This document shows, piece after piece, positions 15,313 to 29,891 of a stretch of 64,000 nucleotides of DNA. The stretch is from Epiperipatus broadwayi. Lineage: Eukaryota; Animalia; Onychophora. The stretch covers positions 17,546,001-17,610,000 of the forward strand of contig JAQFVV010000005.1 of assembly GCA_028023455.1 (NCBI GenBank). The letters run 5' to 3'. A program made the translations under genes and the position numbers. The notes below the pieces were generated by a model. The model had not been told where the DNA came from. It did no database searches and saw only the letters and a list, made by a program, of their open reading frames with translations. The first letter of the stretch is position 1; every line of letters begins with the position of its first letter.

Positions 15313-16499
15313 TTTATATTGTAAAAGACTGGTCAATGATGTATGAAGGGGAAAGAGAGCAGGTCACATCTGACTACCATCAGACCAAGGGTCTTTGGGT
15401 AGGATGCTGGAGATGACAATAAACTACACAACCCATGATTACATCTACACTCAATAGACGAGCTCAAGGTTCATCTATTGAACCCAGAGTGCAATTTGGG
15501 TCAGGTCATACACATCTCATCACTCTCTTTCAGAACCATTGCCTCAGATTTCAAACTCAGGAAGAATTCGCTTTTGACTCTCTTGACAGGGATGTACCTA
15601 CACAGATTGATAATCAATAACTGAATTAGCTCACCCTATTTATTAGTAAGGAATAATCTTGATTCAACATTTATCTCTCATGCTCATAAAACAATAATGT
15701 GTGTGTGTGCATGTGTAGAATATTGGTTTTAGAAATGAATGTTAAATGCTAGATCAATAAACTAGAGAGACCTTGTCAATTAAACAAAACTTCACAATAT
15801 TTATTTACAAAAACAAAGTCTATAGAAACATAGAAGAAATTTTCAATCAATGTGAAAAAAAAAATCAAAAAATATTTATGGGTGAAAAGAGAATTATTTG
15901 GATATATTCTTCTATACTTTCAACTTCAAGGTCTATGATGAGTATCCATCATATTGTTACTTAAGCAATTTAAAATTACCTATCCTCTAGTTCCCATGAT
16001 AGATACACATAATATAGACATTTATATATCCAAAAGAAATGAAAACTTTATTAGATTAAAATGAGATTGCTAACTAACTTAATTAGAAATTTAATCTCAA
16101 CTCCAGATATGGTGTGTGGTTCTAGGTGTGGAAGTTGGTTGATCTAAAATAACCACCTTGCATATATATATTTCATGAAAGAAATATAATAAAGAAACAA
16201 TACATGATATGATAGCAAAGTAAATAGTAAAAAATATTAACTAAAAGGGTTAGTCATACATACATGAAAATATCTAAGGAATACTATTAGTCAAACATAT
16301 AACAAATAATATGAAAGGTCATGTCATGATGTGGCATTGGTTATTTTAGTTAATTTAAACAAGAAAGGCTCTTACTGTTTAAGTACTCAGTTTAAGTACT
16401 CAATTTCATAGCCATGAACAAAAAATTGAAGCATTTTGAAAGAAAGTTACCTAAAATTTTATTAAAAGAAACAAAATTCAGACTTTTCAACCTTCCTTC

Positions 16500-16735
16500 C
16501 CTGCTGTCTTCACATTTTCTCACGTTGACTGTTCCAAACTGTTGAATTTGTACTTCCAAGATATAAGACTGAGATAATAAAAATAAAACATATCTATACA
16601 AAAGAAAAATCATAACATTTACAACATATCATGAATCGATGAGATGATCAGGCACAATTCTTCATCAGTCTTTCTCACATAAGAGTTTTTACAATTTACA
16701 CATTTTTCTCATTATAAATGTTGATGACTCCTTAT
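16500..16735 (-). pseudogene. Possible PLE GIY-YIG relic
   Basis: The minus frame gives KCVNCKNSYVRKTDEELCLIIS, resembling CxxCxxxYVGxTxRxL. Frameshifted. Confidence 0.4.
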
Positions 16736-17216
16736 TCCTTATGAATGACACATGCTGGACATATTTATATTGGTATCGTGTGGTTTTGTTCCATTCCTCA
16801 TGTAGATTTCCATGGCATGGACCCAGCTTATCAGGCACTTCAATGGAGACAGATAGCTATTAATTTCACATGGTCATTGTGGGAAAATGCTCAACCCACC
16901 AACAATCAATCGTTCTAGCCAAAATATTGCAATATGTATAAAGATTTATATATATATGGTTCACATTTAAATATATATATATAATGTAATGGGCACACAT
17001 ACTGTTACATTATTCTAATAAATAAAATTGGAAATAAAATAAAAAAAGTTCGCAAATAAAAATTTGTTTTCAAGAATTAAAAATTGAAAATTAAAAGTCA
17101 TCTAAACTCGTATATATAAAAAATTGCACAGATGGAAAACTATTAGCACTATCTAAAAAAAAAAAGTAAGGAAAAATAAATATTTAAGAAAAAGTACTTA
17201 AAACTAAATCAAAGTA

Positions 17217-17321
17217 GTCTTGCATTGGTGGTCGGGAGGTGAGCGCGACTGCCTTGCACTTGCAGGAAGTTGCCCGGGTTGCGGGTTCGCATCCTGGCCG
17301 ATGCTATGACACTTAAAAAAA
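17217..17321 (+). mobile_element. tRNA-derived SINE, copy 1 (subfamily a)
   Basis: GCATTGGTGGTCG...GGGTTCGCATCCTGGCCGATGC-TATGACACTT-A tail, with an imperfect 14 bp TSD (ACTAAATCAAAGTA / AGTAAATCAGAGTA). Confidence 0.88.
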
Positions 17322-17899
17322 GTAAATCAGAGTAAAAAAAACAAACTGAAAGATTGAAAGATAAGATTTCTTTTAAGAATGTACAAAATTTAATTACTTC
17401 TATTGCGTAAAAGGCTAAAAATAGAAATGATTATTTTTAATTAATCTAAGTAAACTAGCCATTGGGCATCTCAAAATTTATAATTAAAGGTCAGATGGGA
17501 GATAAGAACAACAAGAACAGAATACACAATAGAATCCCTCAGGAAATGGACCATAGTGAAAGAATCATCATCATCATGACATCATGTTCAGTTAATCCAG
17601 AATTTTGATATAAAAAGAAAATATTGGAAATAAAGTTCAGTTCCGGGAGAGTTGGAGGAGAAGAGATTGAAAAGATGCACTTTCAATCCCTTACATTTTT
17701 TCCAAAAGAAGAAATGAAGTATCATTTTCCTATATTGTGGACCCCAAAACACTGCAATAAAATCCTAAAAAGAGCTATATCAGCTAGAGCAAAAGACCTC
17801 TGGAGGAATAACAACAGAATGGCTAACAGCACATCAGTCTCCCCAGGACATCATGGGAATTAGAAACAACATGGGATCCAAATTACAAGCAACTATAAA

Positions 17900-18497
17900 G
17901 TATTTTTATATTGTACTATTTCCATCATCTAATATGTGTGTTGAATGTCTTTAGAAAAGTTTAATTTTAGTTAAATATTCCAAATGCATTCAACTGTTAG
18001 TAATATCACAGCAAACAGGTTAGTATATGCACTAACTGTTAGCAATATCACAGCAGACAGATTAGTATATGCACAATATTTCGAGAGGTATTTTTCTCCC
18101 CTCTTCTTCAGGTGTTGCTGGCCTGACCAGTGAAAATACTAGCATGGGATTCGAACCTGGGTCCTTAGATTCTTGATAATTGAATTTTTAAGATAATGCT
18201 CACTGGTCAGGCCAGAAACACCTGAAGAAGAGAGAAAAATACCTCTCAAAACATTGTGCATATACTAACCTGTCTGCTGTGATATTACTAACAGTTAGTG
18301 CATATACTAACCTGTTTGCTGTGATATTACTAACATTTGTTTGCTGTGATAATACTAGCAGTTGGTGCATATACTAACCTGTTTGCTATGATATTACTAA
18401 CAGTTGAATGCATTTGGAATATTTAACTAAAATTAAACTTTTCTAAAGACATTCAACACACATATTAGATGATGGAAATAGTCCAATATAAAAATAC
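17900..18497. mobile_element. Fold-back element (family H3), arms 17900-18133 and 18200-18497, with a tRNA B box, an HHR motif and internal 41 bp tandem repeats
   Basis: The arms are reverse complements. The minus strand of 18146-18157 is GGTTCGAATCCC. The unit GTGCATATACTAACCTGTTTGCTGTGATATTACTAACAGTT occurs about twice on the left and about 3.5 times on the right. Confidence 0.88.
18072..18114 (-). ncRNA. Minimal HHR-like motif with one extra nucleotide after the core
   Basis: CAC-CTGAAGA-A-GAGGGG-AGAAAAATA-CCTCTC-GAAA-TA-TT-GTG; stems I and III are very short. Confidence 0.55.
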
Positions 18498-20845
18498 AGC
18501 TAGAACACCATCATCACAAACCTTCAGAAACAAACTATAAAGTATGGATCTTTTTTTTTTAAACTGTAAGAACTTTATGTAACTCATGAACTTTAAATAT
18601 AAAACTTTTTCAGTATTTAAATAGAAATATGAATTCCTATCTGACCAAACTAAATCAGTTATTAATAAATATTTTTATTATATATATATTTTAAAATCAT
18701 TTCCATTAATTTATTTTTTTTGTCATCTTTTTGAGTGTTTATTATGATTCTTTTTTTTAAAATTAAGCTAAAACTTTTAAATTATGTTAAATTTAAGTTG
18801 GGTATGAATGGCCGCATAGATTCGTAAAGTTATATTAGTTTAAGAGAGGGTTAATCACAGGTTATTTGTTTCACAGTTAAATTGGGTTCGTGCATTGGAT
18901 GTTTTGGTATAATTAGTAAATGTAGTATGAAGATACACTATGTGCAGGATCACATAATAATCTCACTTGTGCAAAATAATCCCATTTCTTATTGACTATT
19001 GGAGGCAGACGGTATTCCCTGCTTTTTTTTCTTATTGTCTTTCTTGCCAGACAGATGTAGCATTCCTGTACTGGATGAGGGACCTAGATAACCATGCTGT
19101 TCAGATGTTCATTTCTGACAGTACAGTATTGTGCTGTCGTATTCATGTTGCATTGAATACGTCGATATATCAGATAGATTGGTGTCAGTTTGACTGCAAA
19201 CTTTTGGCCTAGGGTTAAATAAGAGATGTAGAATATTTTCTTTTTTGGGTGCAATCTATGTAATCTATCCATACTTGACACTAATAAAATATTAATTAAT
19301 CCATCTGTGTGAACTTCTAAAATAAAAAGTTAAGATGTAAATTAAATCAAATTCTAAAATAAACATTATACTAAAATAAATATTTCTGAATTTTATATAT
19401 GGGCAAATAAATGTTTCTGTGTATTGTTAATCTGGCAGTGGCTAATTCTTATTTTTTTATTATCTTTATTTCTTTAAAATTAAAATATATATTATCTCTG
19501 CTGCTTTATGAGCTAGTGAATGGGGCATTACAGTTGTATTTATTTAAATTCTAGATCTTATTGTAAGTAGCTGCTGGCTTATATAAATTTTCAGGTTCAA
19601 TTGGCCTAATGCGCCCTGGCAGCAGAATTATAATGTAAGAGTCTCTTCGTCCCTGACTGTTATAATATATTTGTACTATAAAATACAGTTATTTATTATT
19701 TGTGATATTGGCTATATAACATATTCCCATTATTAAAATTTTATCTGAACAAACCATTCTATTTTCTTTGTTTTATTTTTTTAAAAAAATCATATTTTTT
19801 CAAATTTATAAGCTATTTAAAAACTTATCTGATCATTTAGCTTGTATGAAAATCTTTTGTTTGCTTCCTTAATTTTTCAAATGAAAAATAAAAAAAAATT
19901 GGCATTTGTAGGAATGCATACATATTCAAACAGTGTACATTTTGTAAGTGTTCAAAAAATAACTGCATCAACAATGTTGACTTTCCATGGCAAATGCACA
20001 ATTTTAAAGAAGTAGTCATAATTGTTTTTCTTTTTATACCCTGTGTCATTTTCATTGTTTATTCGCAGTGCATGCCTATTGTTGTATTATATAAATATTG
20101 TGATTATTGATTCATTTTTTTAAAAAAAATTATTATTATCCCCTTCTTATATTCAATTGCTTAGTACAATACTTGATCTTTTACCCATTGCTATGACTGT
20201 TTTTCATCATTTAAGTTGTTGTTTACATTCCTTATAGATGCACAAGATCTTCAACACAATTCTTATTATATATATATATATAAGTTTATATGAATTTTCC
20301 TAAAGTTTATATTTCCTGATTAAACACTAGAATTAATTTTATTACAAATATATGTGTGCAATTTTATGGTAAACAACCTACCATTCCCATTATTTAACAC
20401 AGCCATAATATGCTGTCCTAATTGTTCATACATTTATATTTTCAAACAATGTTTTAGCAAAACTTATTGTTTACTTTATATTAACACCCTAATTAAAAAA
20501 ACAATCCAATATTTCAGGTGGCTAAGGTTTGTGTGGGTGCAATTTTAAGCTACCCTCACAATTCCTCTCTTCTACACAGAATTAAAATTTTACTTATTGA
20601 TCAAAATTTTAACTCCTAATGAGAGTAAAGTATGTTCATTTTTGGTCATATTACTTCCCTTGTTATCTGTGAAAGATAACAATGCTTACCTTCTTACATT
20701 TCCTCTCCAATCCCTCAATTTCAGATACATATCCTGGCATTCCCTCTTTTAATAATTATGTATCATCCCAAGTGAAAATCTAGCTTAGGGTAAAAAAATT
20801 ATATATATATTTATAATACTTGTTTTCTACTTCACCTTTGAGTAG

Positions 20846-20943
20846 TAAGTAATTTAGCTTGTGCTTTACACAAAAAAGTGAAGCTTGTCTCAAGATTGAG
20901 ACAAGCTTCACTTTTTTGCATAAAGTGCAAGCTAAATTACTTA
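20846..20943. repeat. Near-perfect ~98 bp palindrome
   Basis: TAAGTAATTTAGCTTG...GTCTCAA-GA-TTGAGAC...CAAGCTAAATTACTTA. Confidence 0.9.
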
Positions 20944-21680
20944 TTTATCTTTATAGTTGGAGCCTGACCATTTATGTATTTCTATTCTAGATGATATACA
21001 TCTTTGTCCACTAATCTCTCTCCTGCTCTTCTCTAAAGACTTATTGGATTTTGAGGACTATGTGAACCAGAGTATCCATTGCCACATGTAGATTGACTAA
21101 AAAAAATGTGGGCAGTCCTAAGGTATCCCAGCATATTTACTGAAGTATACCCTCATAAATACTACACACTAATTATTTCTACCCCAATGACACTTTTTTT
21201 GATGCTCTCTCACCTTTTTAAAAAAACTTCTTTATCATTTCTACTGCTAACTCTATTTATATTATTTTGTGATGGAATTAATAATCTCATACTACTATAT
21301 TGATCAACTGATATAGGGTTTCAATAATCTGGCATTGTATGTGCCTCTGATCTCTCCTTTCATGTTTAACCCAAAACATTAGGGTCTGCCTGTTTTACGA
21401 TGACATATAGTCCCCATATTGATCGTAAAATTTCTGATACTTGTTTTCTTGGGGGTTTGTTTTGGTGATGAGTTTTTATAAGAATAATTAACTCTACTTT
21501 AACTTTAAGTTGAACTTAAGAACCCATAAAACATACAACAATTGCAATATAGCACAATTTTATATAAGTTTAATAGTAATTTATGTTAATACAACCTAAT
21601 CCCATTCAATATCACTAATAACAATAATAAATAAAATATTACCTATACATGCCATAATAATATCTGAGAAACATTATTAC

Positions 21681-21711
<31 letters not shown>

Positions 21712-22139
21712 ACTAACTAAGAAATAAACAATTATAAAAAAATGCATTAAATAACCCTAAAATGGTTATGAAAATCAAAAAATTATCCCAAGGAAATATT
21801 GATACTTGCAAAATATTTCAGAATTCTTGGGAATTTACAACTACTTTTAAAATAATGGCATCACTGATGAGATATAGCACAAAAATTTCACTTTTTAATA
21901 TCCTTTTTGGACACAGCATAAAGATTAATAAATTCCATTTATCATACTTATCGATTCAAGATAAGTTACATTCAACACATTAATCCATTTTAAGATTGCT
22001 TATCATTTGGATGTTTATCATATTTAATATTTGCTTTGATAATCCACAATTCAGGAGTGGTATTTAAATATTTAGCTTTCCTAATCCATTATTCACTAAA
22101 TCTTATTTAAATATTTAACATTGATAATCAGCAATTCTT

Positions 22140-22208
22140 CCAGCACTGGATGAATAGATGCTATAATTTTATCCAGCACTGGATGAATAGATGCTATAAT
22201 TTTATCCA
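22140..22208. repeat. 33 bp perfect tandem duplication
   Basis: CCAGCACTGGATGAATAGATGCTATAATTTTAT x2. Confidence 0.95.
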
Positions 22209-23959
22209 AAAGATTAGCATTCATTATATCTTTAATTTGAGATATAAAATTAATCTATTCATTTATAGATTTTTAATCCATGATGACAGTAATTCTGATC
22301 ATATCTCTGATAATGCAAATAGTTTAACATCCATAACAAAACGATTTTCATTACTTTTTGAGTCATAGTTTATTTCTCTAAGCTACAAGTTTATAGAGTG
22401 ATATTTGAGTTGAAAAATTGTTTAAAGTTTTCCCTTAAAAATTAAAGATGAGACCATTCACAACATTGAGACAAATATGTATCCTTTCTTGTAGTGAAGA
22501 AAATAATTACTTTTACAATAATTTGAAAATAAACAACAGCTACTTATTTGAAGTTAATAAATATAATTTTTCAATTACAACAGCTATTTACTATTACTTT
22601 CAATTAAAGAAATCCAGCGATTTATTGTTGAAGTAGTAAAACAGCATTCCATAAGCCAATCTGTCCATTTTCCCACTGACAGTTGACTATAATAAATGAG
22701 ATTTATTGAAATAAAGAATTAATGAATGAATTAATGATGGTTTTTAGACTATTTGTTGTTATCCATCTTTCTCCTAAAATGATGTCAATTGCCTATCAAA
22801 GGCAACTGCCAAGCTGTTTATCTAACCTATCATCATGTAGATGGCAATCAAAATGGCTATTTAAAAATTTGAACCTGTTTAGGTTCTGTATGCAATGAAA
22901 ATTTGTAAAGACTGTCTAGATTTTTCTAAACATCAGCTTTTATACCAGATATCCCATAATGTCTGGATTACAGAATATTCTCCATCATGCATTGGGGATT
23001 TCTTCATTTGTTAAGAGGTCTTCATGATTACTGCCAGGCAAAAGGTTAGAGTTAGAATTTTTGAATAAAGGCAGTAAAATTTTAGAAATACCATTTAAAA
23101 ATTAAAAAAAAAAAATTTTAATCTTTAATTGCTTCACGTTTATTGATAAGTTTTAAAATAATTTTATAAATATTTATTTAAAAGAAATAAATCATAAAAC
23201 CAAAAAGTTTTCAGACATTTATCTCAATTAATTTTAAATTGGCCTATTAATAAATAATTTATTGTTTAATAAATATTCTAGCAAACTAAATTAATTTTTG
23301 CTAAATAAAAATCTAAACACGTAAGCTTCCACACACCAACCACAGAATATAAAATGTAAGAGCTGTTTGTTCTATCCTTATTAAAATATTTTAGTATTGT
23401 AATATTAGATTTACAATTCTATTCTATATTTTTATTTTTGAATTATTTATTTGATGTGTGTGAACACCTATTTTGATTTATCCAATTTGATAACTTTATT
23501 CCTTAATAAGAAGAACAACGAAATATGAGCATGCATATTTTCTTTTACAAATATAGAAATCTATCAAAAAATCTGCTTGGAAAGCGATTCAAAATGCTCT
23601 ATAAAATTATATATCTCTTATCAGCAATGAATATGACTTGCGTAAATGTAAAAATTAAAGCCAATAATTTTTTTACAGTTTTAAATTTATCATAGCGGAA
23701 TTTACAGTAACACTGTAATGTTGCAATATATATATATAGGATTCACAGTGTAGTAATATAATATTTATAATTTGTTTCATTCATATTGGGAAAACATAAA
23801 AAATGTTTTAGCTTTTAAACAGGCTTAGAATTTTTTTCCTAGAAAGTTAGCCCATAACTGACCTAACTAATCATCCAATATCAATCAGAAAAAAGGTATC
23901 TAGACATTCTATCTAAAAGGTAAAATAAGAATAGAAAAAATATTCATATCTTCATTCCT

Positions 23960-24192
23960 TATCATACCATTTACACCTTTTTATACACTTTATCAATACT
24001 TTTATTTGTATTATCTGTATTACACTAACAGTTTCGACTATCCTGCAGTCATCATCAAGAACTCTGATGATGACTGCAGGACAGTCGAAACTGTTAGGGT
24101 AATACAAATAAAAGTATTGATAAAATGTATAAAAAGGTGTAAATGGTATGATATGTTATAATAGAAATCAATACACAGGAAAAGAAGAAGTA
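23960..24192. mobile_element. Family H1 fold-back copy, arms 23960-24057 and 24065-24153
   Basis: The arms meet at the CTGATGA core (24064-24070). The 3' extension matches 1848-1896 in reverse. Confidence 0.88.
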
Positions 24193-26958
24193 GAAAATTA
24201 CATTAGTTCATTCCTTGGCAATAGGCAAGTCTGATGAATACTGACTTTTTCTTTACTGTTCCTCTATGGGAGAGGTGTTTATCTGCATTAAATTATTTAA
24301 AGGATATTTCATATAAGATATATAAATACAAACATTAAAATTGTAATGAAATAACAATAGGAATCTGATTCTCATAAGGTCACAAAAACACCTAATACTA
24401 CTGTTACATGCTGAGTTATGTGATTTAGCTTGCCCTATCAGTTTTAATTGAGGCTTGCCTGGTTATATGATAGCTGATGGCTTTATATAGCGTATACATG
24501 AAAAAATTCCTAAAATAATTTCAAATGTTATATTTTCAAGTCTATGAAATATTTAATTTAATATGCATAATGCGGTTCACACATTTATTATAATAAAAAT
24601 ATGTATTTTCATGCCCAGTATAGTTTATATAGCGGAAGAATAACATTCACAAGAAGTCAAGATCTACGAATCATGGCTACAAACTCACGAGCAGTAAAGT
24701 TTTTCATTATTTTACTTTCATCATCATTTTAAAACATTATTAATCTAATTTGAAATGAAAATCCCTTCAAGCTTAACCACATGACTTCGGAAAATAATCT
24801 TATTTCATCCCATCTATCTCCCATATAATATTTTTACAGATCTTTTACAATCTAGTGTAATCCAGCATAAGACTTCATCATTTCTTTTAGAACCATATCC
24901 AGCCAACCCCATCTCAATCACATTATGAGAACAATAATACCAATTAAAAAGACATCTAGAAAATGACATTCACCAAAACCAGGTGAGTATGTTTTTACAA
25001 ATATGTAGAACTGATCTACATGAGAAAAGAATAATTCTAAAAATTGATGGCAACAAAGAAACTGTTTTCACAAAAAGGACCAAAATAAGATGATGCAGGC
25101 AGTTGATGAGCATAAAAAGATATCTAAAATATTAAAACTATTCTCGTATTAATTTATGAGCCTTACTAGTATAATCGCACCATCAAACCCACCTGCACTG
25201 CTGCTCCAATATGTTAGAAATTCTAATAATTTAGCAAATGTAATAATATAAGAAGTACCACATGCTCTCAAAAATAACCATTCATGAAAACAAAAAAAAA
25301 AACATGTCCAGGAATAACATAAGATTAAAAAGGATCACATGATATTGCATAACAACATAATAGGTATATATCACCTGTTTCATATTAATTAATAGGCTAT
25401 ATGCTCAGTCTTTTCCAATGAAAGTTGCAGTAGATACATTTATATCAACTAAGAGCTACTAAATCATTATTCTGAAATGAAAATAAACTTTGTTTCTTGT
25501 AGAAATGATTACTGTGTGGTAATGAAAGATTTTTTCCAATTTTAATAACTTTCATTGTAGAAAATCCTCACACATTCCCATAATTCTTCTGAATTAACAA
25601 GAAGTCATCATTACGTACAGATTTACAGTAATTTTTACCACAGCACTGTTTAACACGTCTTTCATGTAGAGAGATAACTGAAGGTACAAGAGACTTATGG
25701 CATCAGGGTCTTGTTTTGTTTAAGTGACTGAAGATGATAAAAAACTTAAAGAAATGTTTTTTATTCACATAAATGCAATAAAAAGTAAAAATAGGACAAA
25801 ATAAAAAAAAAAGTCTTCTGCTTTGATAAATAAAAACATGGAAGATCATGTTTAGAAGTTATATTCCAAAAGAATCATACCCACTTTCTTAGTCAATGCC
25901 AATCTATCCAAAATGGCATTAACTACATGATTATTTAAATAATTCTTTGGGAATTGGACTTCTAAATATGATCATTCCATTCTTTTATATACGAAAGCTA
26001 AAGAAAACTTTATATATATATATTTTTAGTGCAATTATGTGAATAAAATTTATTCAATTTTTTTTTAGATTTACAATTTTTTAATTTTTAGTTTTATATT
26101 GTTTCACAAACTATGAAGTACAGTTTAATATTGCTAGATGGAGCTATGGTAAAAAGTACTGAATTCCATATAAATTGAAAATTTAATTTTTTTGCTAAAT
26201 TTTTTTGTTAAATTGTTCACAAACTCTAAAAAAAATGTATTGCCACCAGGAATACATGCATATGCAAAATTTCAACTAAATCAGAACTTAAAAAATGAAA
26301 TTGAATTACAAAATTTTGCAGATAGCTAGATAGAAAAACAAAAAAAAAAAAAACCAGTAAATTAAATAAAAACATATAAAAAATGAAGAGAATATAAAAA
26401 ATAATAATGATTAATTTATTTATGAATTAATAAGTAATAAAAATCCTTAAACTTTCCACTGGTCAATACATTTGTAACAAATATAAGTAGAATTTTAAAA
26501 AAAGCAATCTAAATATAACAGAATACATTAGTCCTATTGGTTTCCATGGTAAAATGTAACATTCAATATAATTGGTCTATTTACGATGTATAGACACATT
26601 TACTAAAAAAGATATTTTATATTAAATATATTTTATTTTGGTAGATGAACAATTGAATATATTTTTCTTGAATTTGTTTATGTGGTAAAATCCACCATAT
26701 TCACTTTCTTGAAACCTACAAATTTATTTACCTACAATTAAATAAAAAATTAAATGAAAACAAAATTTTAATTTTTTAATTTATATTCCAACCATTGATG
26801 CTGCGAATGCAAAATAGCTTAAGAAAATGGCTAGTGTTATTTTTATATTTATAGTTAAGAATGTATTAGAAATTTATCAATTGATAACCTATGAGATATT
26901 GCACTTTTTGCACTTCATTTGTTAGATGAATGAAGAAGTATAATAAGAAGTTAAACCA

Positions 26959-27056
26959 CTAAACATCACATGATCACCATCTCTTGTACTAGTACATAAT
27001 TGTTATTAAACAAGCAAAACTCTCCATACAGTAGTGCCACCCTGTGCCAACCAGAG
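26959..27056 (-). repeat. Family D terminal fragment
   Basis: CATCACATGATCACCATCTC...GCAAAACTCTCCATACAGTAGTGCCAC is shared with the copies at 52346, 35826 and 60461. Confidence 0.85.
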
Positions 27057-28706
27057 GAAGTGTTATCTTTGTTGATACTTTAAGGTTTATAGAAAAATTT
27101 AATATAACTGAATCATAAGTACATTGCACATTATATTGTATACATACATTCAAAATATCTAGACTGATTATATTACCATAATTTTCATAAATTTCTCTCA
27201 AATTTGTTACAAACTATTGATTTGTTTGTTAATGATATTTTTAATATATACACCTTCCTTCATCTGTTATTAAAAAAACCCAAATTTTTTGATTTATATA
27301 GTTTTATTTTTAGGGTTCAATATTTATATGCAAGTTTGTTTTCTTCAGGAACATTAAACATATATTCTATGATTAAATAAAGAAATCAAAATAGAAAAAG
27401 CATCAAAATCTGATTTTTATTACCATTTCTACAAATATTATTGCATTATATTTCATACAGCTTATCAATATTCTTATTATTAACAAAATTAATTGTTAAT
27501 TTTTGGTATTAAATAAAATTTAAAAATCAAATAGAATTATATATTATTAATGATAATTTCTCTATTATTAATATTGTTAATTCTATTAAATTTGGTATTA
27601 AATTTTATTTAGAACCAAATGTAATAAAATTATTACTATTAATAATAAGAATATTTATAATGTGTAGGAAATAAAATTGTATAAGGTAATATTTGTATGA
27701 GAAATAATACAATATGATATTAATGTTTTTACTATTTTGAATTATTTAATCATAGGATGTATAATTAATATCCATAAATAAAAATTACATAAAATATACA
27801 ATTTCAGTGTTTTTAGTAACATATGCAGGAAGATGTAAACACAGAAATAATTACAATACATTATATATATCTTATTAATTTTAGCAATCATGTAGATAAA
27901 TACTGGTTATTAAATGTGTAGTACTAAGAATATGTAATAATATTTCTAAAGAAGAATGTTTTATGCACATATACTACAAGCATCTTTCAGAAGTCAATCT
28001 CTAAAACCTATTTTAATAAACTTTTTCATCTGGTTAGTGGATTAATATGAGAGAGCATTGTTTGCAAGTTTGTTAAGATAACTTCTAGAAAGTCTAATTT
28101 GTATAGGATTCATATAATATATGCATATGGAGATAATTTTTTTCAAAAATAATATACCTGTGTGTGTGTTAAAAATGTATACTGTACAATCCAATAATCT
28201 ATATTTCTTTTGATTATTTTTTTTTGATGTACTAATATACATTTATAGTTTTTAAATAATTGTATCATAGATACATATATAATAAGTATACATTAAAAAT
28301 ATATATGGTTTAGTATTATTTATGATTTTAAGTATCACATGAGAAGATTGGAACTACATGGTCTGAATGTAATGATCTTATGGTATTATATTTTAAATAT
28401 GAAAATAGGCTCATTTGAAAAAAAAAGGTTTTCAGATAGTCTAATTATTTACATCTTTGAAATAATGCTCGTAAGAATGACTTAATAACTCATTATCATA
28501 TCATTAGTAGCTATTCTAAATGATTATAGTCATTGTAATTCCATAAAAAGCACATAGAATGCCAAAGAATAAAAAGTTAAAGATAAGTTCTGTGAATTAC
28601 AGTGAAACAGATACTTTGGTAATATTCCTGATATGGACATATTACTCTGCTGATATTTTTTTTCAATAATAATTATTATTTTAATTTGTGAAACTCGGAT
28701 AGTTGA

Positions 28707-29035
28707 AAATTGAGATACTGCCAAATCTCTTTGTGATAGTTATAATACTTACCTGACAGCCAATCAGATGCTATGATAGCTGTCCAAATAACAATCAAAC
28801 CTTAAACACGTGACAAAGATTTTACGAGAAAAGGCCAAGCTTTCAAACCTAAATACTTACGACTGGCTTAGATATATAGAAAGAAAAGTAGAAAAAAGGG
28901 TAGTCACCCTTTTCTCATAAAATTTTTCTCGTGTGTTTAAGGTCTGATTGTTATTTGGACAGCTATCATGACATCTGATTGGCTATCAGATAAGTATTAT
29001 AACTAGAGCAAAGAGATTTGGCAGTATCTCAATTT
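28707..29035. repeat. Fold-back element related to family F, arms ~28707-28810 and ~28932-29035
   Basis: The arms are reverse complements. CAGCCAATCA and GACTGGCTT(A/G)GATATATA are shared with 45535-46002. Confidence 0.82.
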
Positions 29036-29708
29036 AGTAATAATTATTGAAAATTTATGGTTCATGATGTCATGGCAACCAAATCCTGGCATGACTAATC
29101 CATATCAACATTTCATATATATATATATCACCAATTTATAAAACATGCTAACCTGTGAGATTTTATGTTATCACTGTGACTTTTTTCTTATGCAATTTAA
29201 ATGTATCACATCATTTGCAAGAAATAGTGTTTTTTTTTTAATTGAAAAATACATTGAGAGGTAAAATTAGTTATATTTGGGTTTTTAAAAAAAGATATAA
29301 TATAGAGTTAAAGACATACAATTTTATCTTACAGTTTTCCTTTTTTTTTTTTTAAAGTTAAAAAAACAATGGAAATCTAAAACTTTGTTACAACTCACCA
29401 TTTAAAAAAATGTTTCAGAGTTCTTTTTCATATTTCTCTCTTTTTCCATAATGAACATATTTCTCTATCATTGAAAATTACATGTTTTTTTAGATTTGAA
29501 GTTTGGTATTATAGGTGGAAATTGATGATGCAAAGCACAATATTATGCCAAGAGAGAGAAGGATGGCTTTGACAACACAAAGTGTCATAATAAAAAGGCA
29601 CAATTCATAAGTACTTGTTTTATAGTATTGTAATCTCTTTTTTCCTTTTTCCATAATAAATGTGTGTGTCCATTATTTTTTTTTAGATTTTAACTTTCAT
29701 ACTACACA

Positions 29709-29891
29709 TGCTATGACATATTACTCATGGTAACTTATTATTCTAAATTTGTGATATGTTTAAAATAATGCCTCCATGAGATCTGCAGACAAATTTTATC
29801 GATTAAGTTTGTCTCCACATTCCTTGAAGGTGTTATTGTAAACATATCACAAACTTAGAATAATATGTCGCTGGAATAATATGTTGTAGCA
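29709..29891. repeat. Imperfect fold-back (arms ~65 bp)
   Basis: TTATTCTAAATTTGTGATATGTTTA pairs with TAAACATATCACAAACTTAGAATAA. Confidence 0.75.

Noticed and set aside
20690-20790. Minus-strand exon (GMPGYVSEIEGLERKCKK) with a GTAAGC donor
   Set aside because: Stops occur in all frames from the good acceptor, and the alternative acceptor is weak.
24840-24990. Plus-strand exon ending at a strong CAG|GTGAGT donor
   Set aside because: All three frames contain stops from either plausible acceptor; at most a non-coding exon.
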